DNA from: a virus | Lineage: Duplodnaviria; Caudoviricetes | Direction: 5' to 3' (one strand) | Virus record (IMG/VR): IMGVR_UViG_3300021964_000087 | Coordinates: 1-55,237 of that record | Length of the DNA: 55,237 nt | Shown: positions 47,269 through 55,237 of the stretch, piece by piece | Layout of the letters: every line of letters begins with the position of its first letter | How positions within the stretch are numbered: the stretch's first letter is position 1 | The notes under the pieces: generated by a model | Told to the model about the DNA's origin: nothing | What the model saw: only the letters and a program-made list of their open reading frames with translations | The model's database searches: none | Translations under genes and position numbers: made by a program

Positions 47269-48924
47269 TTAGCCAAGCATTAGGCTGTATATGTCTCCTA
47301 GATCTTCCATAAGAGCAACATTAACTTCTGCGCCGCCACCTGTTGATAGTTCATAACCATCATTAATTTGAGCGCCTACTGTAATGGTTACATCATTTGC
47401 AGGACTAGATCCTCCTGTAAATTCTGTTCCTAGTATTAGAATAGTATCTCCTGTGTTATATCCTTGACCTTGATCTGTGATTGTAACACTGTTTATTGCT
47501 CCTGATGCAATATTAATGGAAAACTCTGCGTTGGTTCCGTTGCCACTAGTGGTGCCGGTAAGCTCTGATTTAGTTTGATTAGTTAATCCTGATACATTTC
47601 CTACTGCTGTTACGATGTTAATTCTTCCTGCGAATGATTCAAGATAGTTTTGGTCAGTATTCCATCTAGTGTCACCTAATTCAGAAGTAGAAGGTCTTTC
47701 TGCATCAGTTCCTGATGGAATAACGAAAGCATTATTTCCCATGAATCTAAGATATCCAATTCCTGTTGAAGTAAAAGTTAATGGAGTCTCTGGAGTGAAT
47801 CTAGGGCCACCACCTATATCCGTTAAATTTTCAATCACATCAACTGTTCCTGTTATAGCAATAGTTCCGGTTGGTGAGGGATTCGATCCTGCACTGTCAT
47901 AATTTACATTAACAGTATAAGTTCCTGAACTATCGCTTCCTGTTGAAGTGCCTGTAATAATAGTTCCTGCTCGTATTCCAATTCCACTTAATAGTGTTCC
48001 AGGAATAAATGATCCTGTTATAGTTCCTCCTACTGTAAGTGTAGTTCCTGATATGCTTGCGGAAGAACTAGATGCTGATATCTCCTGCCAGCGTGTGCTT
48101 TCAATGTAATATATTCCAGTATCAGGAGATAGAACAACAGGATCGTTTGATTGCATTGCAAAAATTTCATTTGTTCTACCATTAAGATGCAGTTGGTCAC
48201 TTATAAAAACTTCTTGTGGATTTATTCTATCAGCATTTACTAAATTATCAGTAACATAAACATTGTCCCATCTTCTTGGACTAGAGTCTAATTGATCTCT
48301 ACCTAAATCCCATAGGTTGTCATCTCCTGGAATAATTGATTGAGAAAAGTCCGGAACAAATTCTACGGTATCTCCTTGGCCTGTATCTGGATCGTATAGT
48401 TCGTCACCTACAGTAAGATTTCCTAGTTTTGTTAAATTTCCGTCAAGTGTTATGTTACCAGTTATATTAAGGTTACCATAAATGTTTGTAGATGAAGATA
48501 CTTCAACGGTTCCTGTTCCATTTGGTTTTAACTCTATTGATTGATTTGAAGTTAGGCCACTAATTGTGTTATCGTTAAATTCTAAATCATCAGAATGCAT
48601 TCTTTGTAATTCAATGTAACTTCCAGCAGTTTGTGGCATTATGTTTATAGGGCCAACAACTGTTGTAAAATAACTATCGGATCTTGGAATAATATTATCT
48701 ATTTTTGCAGTATCATCAACTATCATATTAGTTGTTCGAGTATCACTATTAATATCTAGATCAAACGAAGGAGTATCATCCTTGATACCTATTCGTCCGT
48801 TATTAACATCGATGAATAAGACTGGAGTTGAATCAAACGTTGTGTTTGAAAATTTTAAATCTATATTATTTCTTACTAGGTTTTGTTCTAGTAGCGGTCC
48901 GCCAATTCGCCCCAATTGCGCCAT
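47269..48924 (-). CDS. Tail-fibre-like structural protein, paralogue of 46085..47152
   Basis: GRIGGPLL..NL.R, LFIDVNNGRIG, PSGTDAERP...GDTRWNT; same C-terminal .LMLG. Confidence 0.7.
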   Translation of the reverse strand: MAQLGRIGGPLLEQNLVRNNIDLKFSNTTFDSTPVLFIDVNNGRIGIKDDTPSFDLDINSDTRTTNMIVDDTAKIDNIIPRSDSYFTTVVGPINIMPQTAGSYIELQRMHSDDLEFNDNTISGLTSNQSIELKPNGTGTVEVSSSTNIYGNLNITGNITLDGNLTKLGNLTVGDELYDPDTGQGDTVEFVPDFSQSIIPGDDNLWDLGRDQLDSSPRRWDNVYVTDNLVNADRINPQEVFISDQLHLNGRTNEIFAMQSNDPVVLSPDTGIYYIESTRWQEISASSSSASISGTTLTVGGTITGSFIPGTLLSGIGIRAGTIITGTSTGSDSSGTYTVNVNYDSAGSNPSPTGTIAITGTVDVIENLTDIGGGPRFTPETPLTFTSTGIGYLRFMGNNAFVIPSGTDAERPSTSELGDTRWNTDQNYLESFAGRINIVTAVGNVSGLTNQTKSELTGTTSGNGTNAEFSINIASGAINSVTITDQGQGYNTGDTILILGTEFTGGSSPANDVTITVGAQINDGYELSTGGGAEVNVALMEDLGDIYSLMLG

Positions 48925-48934
48925 GTGTTACCCC

Positions 48935-49612
48935 CTAGTTTGCAAATCCAAAGAATACCGTTACATATTTTGCTACTGGAACTGCTGACGCAAATGTTAG
49001 ATACCAGCCTGTTGGTCTGGCAAGACCTGTTACATCGGGAGTTCCTATACTGGCAGCCGTAAACGTAGTTCCAGGATTATTGTCTGCTGCACCGTGTTCG
49101 CCAACAAAATCAGTTGAGCCAGTTGCAGTTATAATATACTCTACACCTATTGTAAAGTTACCGCTGTCAATTTCTCCTCCACCCGTTCCTGTGCTGGTAG
49201 GATTTTGATTAAGGGTAAAATTAGTTGTTGGAATTTGCATTACGTTTTCAACCAACACTATAACATTATTAGCACTAGCCGGAACGTTTGATAGCGGGCC
49301 AAAAACAGTATCTGATAAATTACCAGGTCCGAATGTTTCGATTGAAATTGCTGTTGCACCCGGAGCTCTCACTGTTTCCCAGTTGCCTCCGACATATGCT
49401 TCGATCTCATTTAAGTCTGTGTTGTATCTAATGGTGCCGTTTGCATCAGTAGGCTGTCTAACACCAGTAAGTTGAGGACGCTGTGCTGTTGTTCCTTTTG
49501 GTAACAACACTCCACCATTAAAATCCATGACTGCTCTACCATAGGTGTTTACTCTAATGGTATTGTCACTAGGACTATAACGAGATGTATATTGTGATTT
49601 TAAAAACTTCAT
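48935..49612 (-). CDS. Virion structural protein
   Basis: LPKGTTAQRP...GTIRYNTD...EAY....W motif shared with neighbours; VLVENVMQIP. Confidence 0.65.
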   Translation of the reverse strand: MKFLKSQYTSRYSPSDNTIRVNTYGRAVMDFNGGVLLPKGTTAQRPQLTGVRQPTDANGTIRYNTDLNEIEAYVGGNWETVRAPGATAISIETFGPGNLSDTVFGPLSNVPASANNVIVLVENVMQIPTTNFTLNQNPTSTGTGGGEIDSGNFTIGVEYIITATGSTDFVGEHGAADNNPGTTFTAASIGTPDVTGLARPTGWYLTFASAVPVAKYVTVFFGFAN

Positions 49613-49621
49613 CTATTTTTC

Positions 49622-49990
49622 CTATACAGGCAGTGAACTAACTGTCACAGTAACCAAATTAGCATCATCGGCCTTAATGTGTATTTCATCTCCGCCATCT
49701 AAAATAATTTTTTCATCGCTAAAGAAAATTGTTTCTCCTGCGGGTATTGCTAAATTTGCAACGATCTGATTTCCAACTACTGGAGTGTTACCACTTTTTA
49801 CTAGGTAGATATCAACTTCAGTTTTGTTAACAGTTTCGTCTGTGATAGTTACAGCGCCAGTATTACAAAGTATAATGTTAGTTACTGCTCTGTCCTGTGC
49901 TGTAACGCCGCCGCCAACTGCTGCACCTGTTGTCGAAGCAGTGAAAACTTTTGTTATACTTGTAGTCGTTAATTGTTGGCTTGTAATCAT
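49622..49990 (-). CDS. Small beta-rich virion protein (family of three)
   Basis: AVTNIILCN...NLAIPAGET....EKIIL..GD.I......VTVTVS. Confidence 0.65.
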   Translation of the reverse strand: MITSQQLTTTSITKVFTASTTGAAVGGGVTAQDRAVTNIILCNTGAVTITDETVNKTEVDIYLVKSGNTPVVGNQIVANLAIPAGETIFFSDEKIILDGGDEIHIKADDANLVTVTVSSLPV

Positions 49991-49999
49991 TGTTTTCCC

Positions 50000-50983
50000 T
50001 TAAAATATCATGCTAAACAGCAATGCTTTATTTTTACTTATCAATTCATCTGTGGTATTATTTGAATTTCTGTAGAATAATCCGGTATCACCAATGCTTG
50101 GTTCCTTGGCATACTGTATTGTTGACCCTGATACAAATGCTGGATCTACAGCAATTTGTTCTAGTTGCAGTCCGTAATTTGTTCTAACCTTACCAGTTCC
50201 GTTGGTTTGTAAGTAAATATTATCGTTTGTATTGTTAACAGAAATAGTAGGATTGTTTGATTCGTTTTGGTTAAATTCTAATCCCTGTATTATTGCTCTG
50301 TTTGCATAAAATTGCGTGTTAAGTGTATTGTCAATTAATACGCTTACTGCACTTTCGCCAAACGTGCTGTAGCCAGTATTATCAATTAGATACTGTAGCG
50401 ACCCCGACACTTCCTTGTCACTAACAATAACTCTTGTGTTATCGTCAATAATTTGGAATGTAGGATTATCTCTAATTGAATCATCTACGTATTTTTTGTT
50501 TGGAATATCGTCATCATCAGTAACTTGATTTTCATAATCGTTAGTTCCTGCTACTGTAATAACACCATCACCGTATCCAATTAAAACTAAATCAGGATCA
50601 CCGCTATCAGTTGTGATCTTTTTGAGTCTTAAAGTTGAATTATTATAATTAAATGTGCTTGCCGGTGAACCGGTTGCTAGATTGAACGAATCATCATTTT
50701 CATCCCAGAAGAACGAAGCGGGATCCAGGCTTCCTCTATCAATCTGTAAACCAGAATATCTTAGAGAAACACCTGCACCCGTTTCGCCATAGTTTAGTTC
50801 AATAATATTGTCTCGAACATTTAAGTTCTCTGCTTCTACTGTAAGAGTGTCACCTTCAACAATAAGGTCAGCGGTAACAATTACTTGTCCTCCAGCGGTT
50901 GGAGGGCCAACATCAAGTTTAATGATACCTCCCTCTCGGGTCTTTATATTATAATCGCCGTTGGTTTGTAGAAACTCAGACAT
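50000..50983 (-). CDS. Virion structural protein (fibre/baseplate-like)
   Basis: L.VEGDT..V...NL.V.DNIIELN.GETG.GV....SG.QIDRG motif; DIPNKKYVDD. Confidence 0.65.
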   Translation of the reverse strand: MSEFLQTNGDYNIKTREGGIIKLDVGPPTAGGQVIVTADLIVEGDTLTVEAENLNVRDNIIELNYGETGAGVSLRYSGLQIDRGSLDPASFFWDENDDSFNLATGSPASTFNYNNSTLRLKKITTDSGDPDLVLIGYGDGVITVAGTNDYENQVTDDDDIPNKKYVDDSIRDNPTFQIIDDNTRVIVSDKEVSGSLQYLIDNTGYSTFGESAVSVLIDNTLNTQFYANRAIIQGLEFNQNESNNPTISVNNTNDNIYLQTNGTGKVRTNYGLQLEQIAVDPAFVSGSTIQYAKEPSIGDTGLFYRNSNNTTDELISKNKALLFSMIF

Positions 50984-50999
50984 TATCTATTCCTATAGT

Positions 51000-51431
51000 T
51001 TACTTCTGAACATCAATGTTAGCAAGTGTGAATCCATCACCTAGGATTGCATCATCACCAGTTGCTGTTAATTGATATGGTAAGTGAATCATTCCTGTTG
51101 GATCGTTATCAGGCTGACAACTTACTGTTCTATTGTGTAACTTGGTTACATAGTATGTTGCTGAGTCATCTAAGTTTGTATCAGCATCATCATCTACCGT
51201 TACGCGAATGTTAAACTCACCTGCTGCCGGTGTTGCTTTTCCTACTAGTTTTAGTTTTTCAGAACTTGAATTGTTCTTAACTAAAAATTGTAGCGATCCT
51301 CTCTGACGATCAATGTATAAAGGATCAGCAATATCACCTGAAATAACGCCGCCTGTTGAAAATCTAGCAGCGGATACTTCGATCTTTGCAGATCCTAGTC
51401 CTATTTTTCTTTTTTGAATTGGTCTTCCCAT
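51000..51431 (-). CDS. Hypothetical virion protein (possible head decoration)
   Basis: MGRPI.K.K N-terminus, RQRGS..FLV, VTKL.NR; strong SD; just downstream of the capsid gene. Confidence 0.6.
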   Translation of the reverse strand: MGRPIQKRKIGLGSAKIEVSAARFSTGGVISGDIADPLYIDRQRGSLQFLVKNNSSSEKLKLVGKATPAAGEFNIRVTVDDDADTNLDDSATYYVTKLHNRTVSCQPDNDPTGMIHLPYQLTATGDDAILGDGFTLANIDVQK

Positions 51432-51522
51432 TTTGTTTCTCCTTAAGTTGACGTTCTAGGTCTACGCGGATGGTTACCGCATAAGTCCGCCCTGCGGCAC
51501 ACTTATTAGACATATGTATTTA
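51432..51522 (-). promoter_or_regulatory. Late promoter (51517-51522) plus a structured 5' leader
   Basis: ATAAGT-gtg-CCGC-agg-GCGG-ACTTAT hairpin, GCGG-taaccat-CCGC hairpin, then CGTAGACC...AACGT before the SD. Confidence 0.5.
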
Positions 51523-51792
51523 TCCTTTGCTCAGAATTGCCATTAACTCTACTTTACTAATTGTGTTCATTAGTGCGTTAATTTTGTCTATTTCTTCCTG
51601 TGCTTTTTCTATGCAGTGATTGCTTTTGGTCTGTTTATAGCGTATGAGATGTTCCATGTAATTTTTCATGTGAACTTCTATTGATGATTGTATGCGCCTT
51701 ACATCATGTGAAAACATGGGAAAGCGTTTTCGCCATTTGTCTAGTTGCGATCTTAACTTGTCAAAATCATTATGACTTGTAATCTCTTGCAT
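51520..51792 (-). CDS. Hypothetical helical protein (start revised to MQEITS)
   Basis: TAAATActagtATG context identical to that of the terminase gene. Confidence 0.6.
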   Translation of the reverse strand: MQEITSHNDFDKLRSQLDKWRKRFPMFSHDVRRIQSSIEVHMKNYMEHLIRYKQTKSNHCIEKAQEEIDKINALMNTISKVELMAILSKG

Positions 51793-51832
51793 ACTAGTAT
51801 TTAACACTCATTTTGCTAGATTGTCAAGCCAT

Positions 51833-51862
51833 AAAAAAAGGGCGACATAAAGCCGCCCTTTT
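51833..51862 (-). terminator. Intrinsic terminator after the major capsid gene
   Basis: AAAAGGGCGGC-TTTAT-GTCGCCCTTTTTTT on the minus strand. Confidence 0.85.
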
Positions 51863-51888
51863 AAACACTCGAAAGTGTAATTTATTGC

Positions 51889-53061
51889 TTACGCAAAACG
51901 TAGGTTCGCTGATGTAACACCAACTTTACCCAAGTAGTCAGCCGCATTACCAAGAGATGATGCAGTGTTTGTTAACTCTACATAACCATATCTTGTCATG
52001 AACGAAACTACTGGTTCAAAAGTTGATGGATCAAGAACCACACCGCTTGACATTAATGGAATGTATGGGCAGTAGAACGCTGCTGCGTCTGATTCGCTTG
52101 AACCTTTGTAACCAATTAACACATCGTCTGATGTAGCATAACCGTTTACATACACCTTCATCGCACTGTTTAGAGTTCCTACAAACTTAGTGTTTGTTGG
52201 TGCTTCAAAAGTGCCTTCAGTTGTTCTTGCGAACGCTGAAGTTGTTGCAGATTGTAACAGAGTTAATACTGTTGGTGAAACAACAGCCCAGTTACCTGCA
52301 CCACGACGTGTTCTTTGAGCAATCAAGTTAGATACTCTGTTGATTTGAACTGCAAGTGCTGCATGCTCATCACCAACAAAAGTAGCAGTTCCTGATACCG
52401 CTGCTTGGTCGTATGTTAACGCTGCTGTGCCAGCAAGCGTGTTAAGTGAACCAATCACCTCTTGATCAATTTCAGCAGTAATCTCTTGTGCAAGAGCTGC
52501 CATGATCTCAGCCTCGATGTCAATACCCTGTTGAGCTTGTGCATCTTGAGCTGCTTCAAAAGTCCAGCGAGCTGACAATTTACGTGTCTTCGCTTCGACT
52601 GTTTGTTTCAAGATTTGGATTGATAGTCTGTTACCTGCCTGTCCTTCTAAAGCGGCTGTTGAAGCGGCCTTATCGTTAGCAGCACCAGAATATCCTTCTG
52701 CAATCTTGAATGGTGATAGTGCTTCTTCACCTGCTACTGTGTCTGTTCCTGATGTTGAATCGAATGCATCAGCATAACGAACACGTAGAGTGTGAATTTG
52801 CCCTACTGGTCCAGTCATTGGTTGAACACCAACTAATTCATTTGCGATGACAGTTGGCATTACACGTCTAATTACTGGTAATATGACGCGGTTTAATGTT
52901 GCGACGTTGCCGGCAGAAGTGGCGCCTGCTGTAGCACTCTCTGACAAATACTTACGGGTATTTTCCAGAGTCGTTGCCATAACAGTTCGCTTGTTACCTT
53001 GAAGACCTTCTAAAAGGGCGTCTTTGGTTTCTGACCAGCGTGACTCTAATAGTTGTGACAT
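51889..53061 (-). CDS. Major capsid protein (gp23-like)
   Basis: LPVIRRVMP..IA.ELVGVQPMTGP, VEAKTRKLSARWTFEAAQD, EI.AEIDQE, TRRGAGN, FYCPYIPL, FMTRYG. Confidence 0.97.
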   Translation of the reverse strand: MSQLLESRWSETKDALLEGLQGNKRTVMATTLENTRKYLSESATAGATSAGNVATLNRVILPVIRRVMPTVIANELVGVQPMTGPVGQIHTLRVRYADAFDSTSGTDTVAGEEALSPFKIAEGYSGAANDKAASTAALEGQAGNRLSIQILKQTVEAKTRKLSARWTFEAAQDAQAQQGIDIEAEIMAALAQEITAEIDQEVIGSLNTLAGTAALTYDQAAVSGTATFVGDEHAALAVQINRVSNLIAQRTRRGAGNWAVVSPTVLTLLQSATTSAFARTTEGTFEAPTNTKFVGTLNSAMKVYVNGYATSDDVLIGYKGSSESDAAAFYCPYIPLMSSGVVLDPSTFEPVVSFMTRYGYVELTNTASSLGNAADYLGKVGVTSANLRFA

Positions 53062-53073
53062 TGTTTGTTCTCC

Positions 53074-54174
53074 TTAAACTTTTAGTCCCGCAAGCCTGCG
53101 GATGTCAAATATCTCAGCGGTTTTTTGCTCCGAACCACCGATTTGTGCTGCCTGTTTATCGCCTGTAATTTCTTTGCCTTCTGTCAACGCTACCTTGTCC
53201 CTCTTCGGCACATTACCTTCCATTACGGCTGGAATGTATTTGTCAAAGGCTGCGTGTAATTTATCTGTTTGAACAGATTCTAAGAGTTCACCCATTACTT
53301 CTTGCTTTTCCTTAGAAAGAGGTGACATCAATTCTGACATTACTTCCTTTCTAGCGGCTGCATCTTTCATGCGTTTGATCTCAGCGTCTTTGCTCTCAAC
53401 CAGTTTCTTAACTTCCTCTGCATTTGCAGTGGCTTCAGCAACCGCTTCTTCTTTCTGTTTTACAACTTTAAGAAGTTTAGAAGTTTCTGATTTTTCATTA
53501 AGATGGCTAGTTGCATATTCACTTGCGAAACTTTCAAAGATTCTACGTCCAAAATCATTTCGACGAGCTGCTTCGATATCCTCTTTTAATTGTGACATTT
53601 CAGAACGCAGTCCTTTTGATACTGTTTCCTGAACGGCTGTTGCTGCTTTAGCAATGAATTCTTTTTTCACCGCTTCAAACTTATCCTTGCTATCTCTAAC
53701 AAGTTTAACTTTGGTTTCAGCAAGATCCTTTTTGTCTGCATGGAACTCTGCGATTTCTTTCGCTAACGAGTCCACTATAAAAGATTCAAGTTTAGCAACA
53801 TTACTTGCTACATTCTTACGATCTTCGCGAAGTTCACCAAGTTCCTTTTTAAGGTTGTTAAGAACAAATGATTCCATTGCTTTAGAATCATCTTTAATTT
53901 TCTTAGCATACTTGGCACGTGCTTCGATAAGTCCTTGACGGTCTTCAGCAAATTCAGATAATTCAGCAGTAATTCTGTCTGAAAGCATCTTTTCTACTGC
54001 TTCTACCATCGCGCCCTTATCATGCTCATACTTCGTTGCGAATTCTTCACGTAATTGTGTAGAAATTGTGTCGCGGTTTTCTTGAACGGCAGTTTCCCAA
54101 GCGGATTCAATCTCCGACTTAGTTTCTTCGGAAATCACGTTGTTTTCGAACAATTGTTTTACAAAATCTAGCAT
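53074..54174 (-). CDS. Prohead core scaffold protein (gp22-like)
   Basis: Long coiled-coil E/K-rich protein between protease and capsid; FGRRIFESF. Confidence 0.85.
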   Translation of the reverse strand: MLDFVKQLFENNVISEETKSEIESAWETAVQENRDTISTQLREEFATKYEHDKGAMVEAVEKMLSDRITAELSEFAEDRQGLIEARAKYAKKIKDDSKAMESFVLNNLKKELGELREDRKNVASNVAKLESFIVDSLAKEIAEFHADKKDLAETKVKLVRDSKDKFEAVKKEFIAKAATAVQETVSKGLRSEMSQLKEDIEAARRNDFGRRIFESFASEYATSHLNEKSETSKLLKVVKQKEEAVAEATANAEEVKKLVESKDAEIKRMKDAAARKEVMSELMSPLSKEKQEVMGELLESVQTDKLHAAFDKYIPAVMEGNVPKRDKVALTEGKEITGDKQAAQIGGSEQKTAEIFDIRRLAGLKV

Positions 54175-54185
54175 TGTGATTCTCC

Positions 54186-54815
54186 TTAAGATTTAAGACC
54201 TTGAATTATTTTTTTCAAGCTCTCTGCTATGTATCGTTGTGCCTGTGCGTCGCCTTGGACTTCTTGTGCTACTTTAAATGCCTCGTAACCACCGTTATTA
54301 TTCATAAGGTGTTCATAAACTGGTGTTGGATAGGCGCCTGGAGCACTTGGTTGTGCTACCACATCCACAGTGATAATTTCAAATCCATTGACATTACCAC
54401 CTGGATCTACTTCGCCTGATCCACGACTAGAAACTCCTAGTTTCACTCCCGACTCCAACATGGTCGAAACTAATTGACCCATTGGAGTTGGAAGCATTTT
54501 AAGTTTTCCGTAGCCGTTAGGACCGTCCATCCACATTTTTGTAATCATGTGGCTAACACGGTCGAGGTTGATACGTAAATCTTGAGGATGATCAACTTCA
54601 CCTAGCACTGAATACCCCCCAGAAATCTGTTCGTTGAGCGTAGTAACAGCCCTGTCAATCTCCTTAGAAGAATAAATGCGTTGATTGGCATTGCGTATAT
54701 CACCTTGAATGCAAATTCCACTCAGGTGTAACGTTTTGCCATTCTCGCCTTCATCACGCTCTACGACGATTTTAGCCTGATCGAAGCTCAGATGTTCTTG
54801 TAGGTTAGTTTTCAA
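54186..54815 (-). CDS. Prohead protease (gp21-like), TTG start
   Basis: GICIQ...RNANQRIY, LGEVDHP, DRVSH, TPMG, LGVSSRGSG, DVVAQPSAP.A; GAGGAG SD before TTG. Confidence 0.93.
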   Translation of the reverse strand: MKTNLQEHLSFDQAKIVVERDEGENGKTLHLSGICIQGDIRNANQRIYSSKEIDRAVTTLNEQISGGYSVLGEVDHPQDLRINLDRVSHMITKMWMDGPNGYGKLKMLPTPMGQLVSTMLESGVKLGVSSRGSGEVDPGGNVNGFEIITVDVVAQPSAPGAYPTPVYEHLMNNNGGYEAFKVAQEVQGDAQAQRYIAESLKKIIQGLKS

Positions 54816-54830
54816 CCTTAGTCTCCTCTA

Positions 54831-55237
54831 TTATCTACGACCACGGAAAATTGATTGCTTGTTATCCGCTGATTCTTTGCTACCTGCTTTTTCAGCACCG
54901 TGTCCTTTTGTGCTGTCCATTTTAGTTGCATTCTTTGAACCTGGCGTGTTAACATTGCCTGCATTCTCTTCTTTAGGTGTAATGTCTGCTAGTCCGCCGT
55001 CATTTTTACCTGACTCTTCACCGCCTTTTGCGATGTTAGCAGCAGTGCCACCCATGTCATTTTTCATGTTATCAACAACTGATTTTTTGTTGTCCGCAGA
55101 TTCCGCACCGCCTTTTGTTTCAGCACCGTGTCCACCTGCTACTTTCTCAACATACTCACGCATTGTTGCTAATTCAGCGTCGCCTTCTGGGTCTGCAGAT
55201 GCTTCAGGAGCAAAAGTTTCTTCTTTTTCTGCATCCA
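54831..55237 (-). CDS. Prohead core protein-like (gp67/68 position), 3' part only; frame is open to the window edge
   Basis: The frame continues upstream of 55163 (...DAEKEETFAPEASADPEGDAELATMREYVEK). Low-complexity, directly upstream of the protease. Confidence 0.6.
   Translation of the reverse strand, partial: DAEKEETFAPEASADPEGDAELATMREYVEKVAGGHGAETKGGAESADNKKSVVDNMKNDMGGTAANIAKGGEESGKNDGGLADITPKEENAGNVNTPGSKNATKMDSTKGHGAEKAGSKESADNKQSIFRGRR

Noticed and set aside
51364-51513. Out-of-frame upstream ORF starting 3 nt after the TAAATA motif
   Set aside because: The ATG is probably too close to the promoter to be in the transcript, and the region is better explained as a structured leader.
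1830-54419. Numerous antisense or alternate-frame ORFs nested in long genes (e.g. 2152..2673, 4400..4879, 33274..33660, 29722..30159)
   Set aside because: They are fully overlapped by well-supported genes and have the Ser/Pro/Val-rich composition expected from reverse-complement codon bias, with no start signals noticed.
1-55237. tRNA/rRNA genes, CRISPR arrays, stop-codon reassignment
   Set aside because: No cloverleaf or array was recognised in the few intergenic gaps (tRNAscan would be decisive). Core genes translate full-length in the standard code with TAA, TAG and TGA all used as stops.

Overview
This window is about 55 kb of a large T4-superfamily (contractile-tailed) bacteriophage genome, read in standard code and mostly on the minus strand. 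It holds the morphogenesis module in a non-T4 order: prohead core (partial), protease gp21, scaffold gp22, major capsid gp23, a long run of tail/fibre proteins including two giant paralogues, neck and tail-completion gp13/14/15, dNMP kinase, sheath gp18, tube gp19, gp4 nuclease, terminase, and the start of gp32. Inserted in it is an AT-rich accessory island (about 21.7-29.7 kb) with four 2OG-Fe(II) oxygenases and two flavin-dependent tryptophan-halogenase-family genes. A further oxygenase and a sulfotransferase lie elsewhere. The most notable feature missed by the ORF track is a 23-aa PqqA (PQQ precursor peptide) gene at 644-715 (-) with its own promoters, structured leader and terminator; its sequence points to a Methylophilaceae-type methylotroph host. 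Other signals are many TAAATA late-promoter motifs only 4-8 nt before ATG with no Shine-Dalgarno (probably leaderless mRNAs), two structured 5' leaders sharing a motif, a start-codon-sequestering hairpin, and phycobiliprotein-like C-x-R-D repeats in a tail protein. All calls come from motif recognition by eye; no database searches were run.
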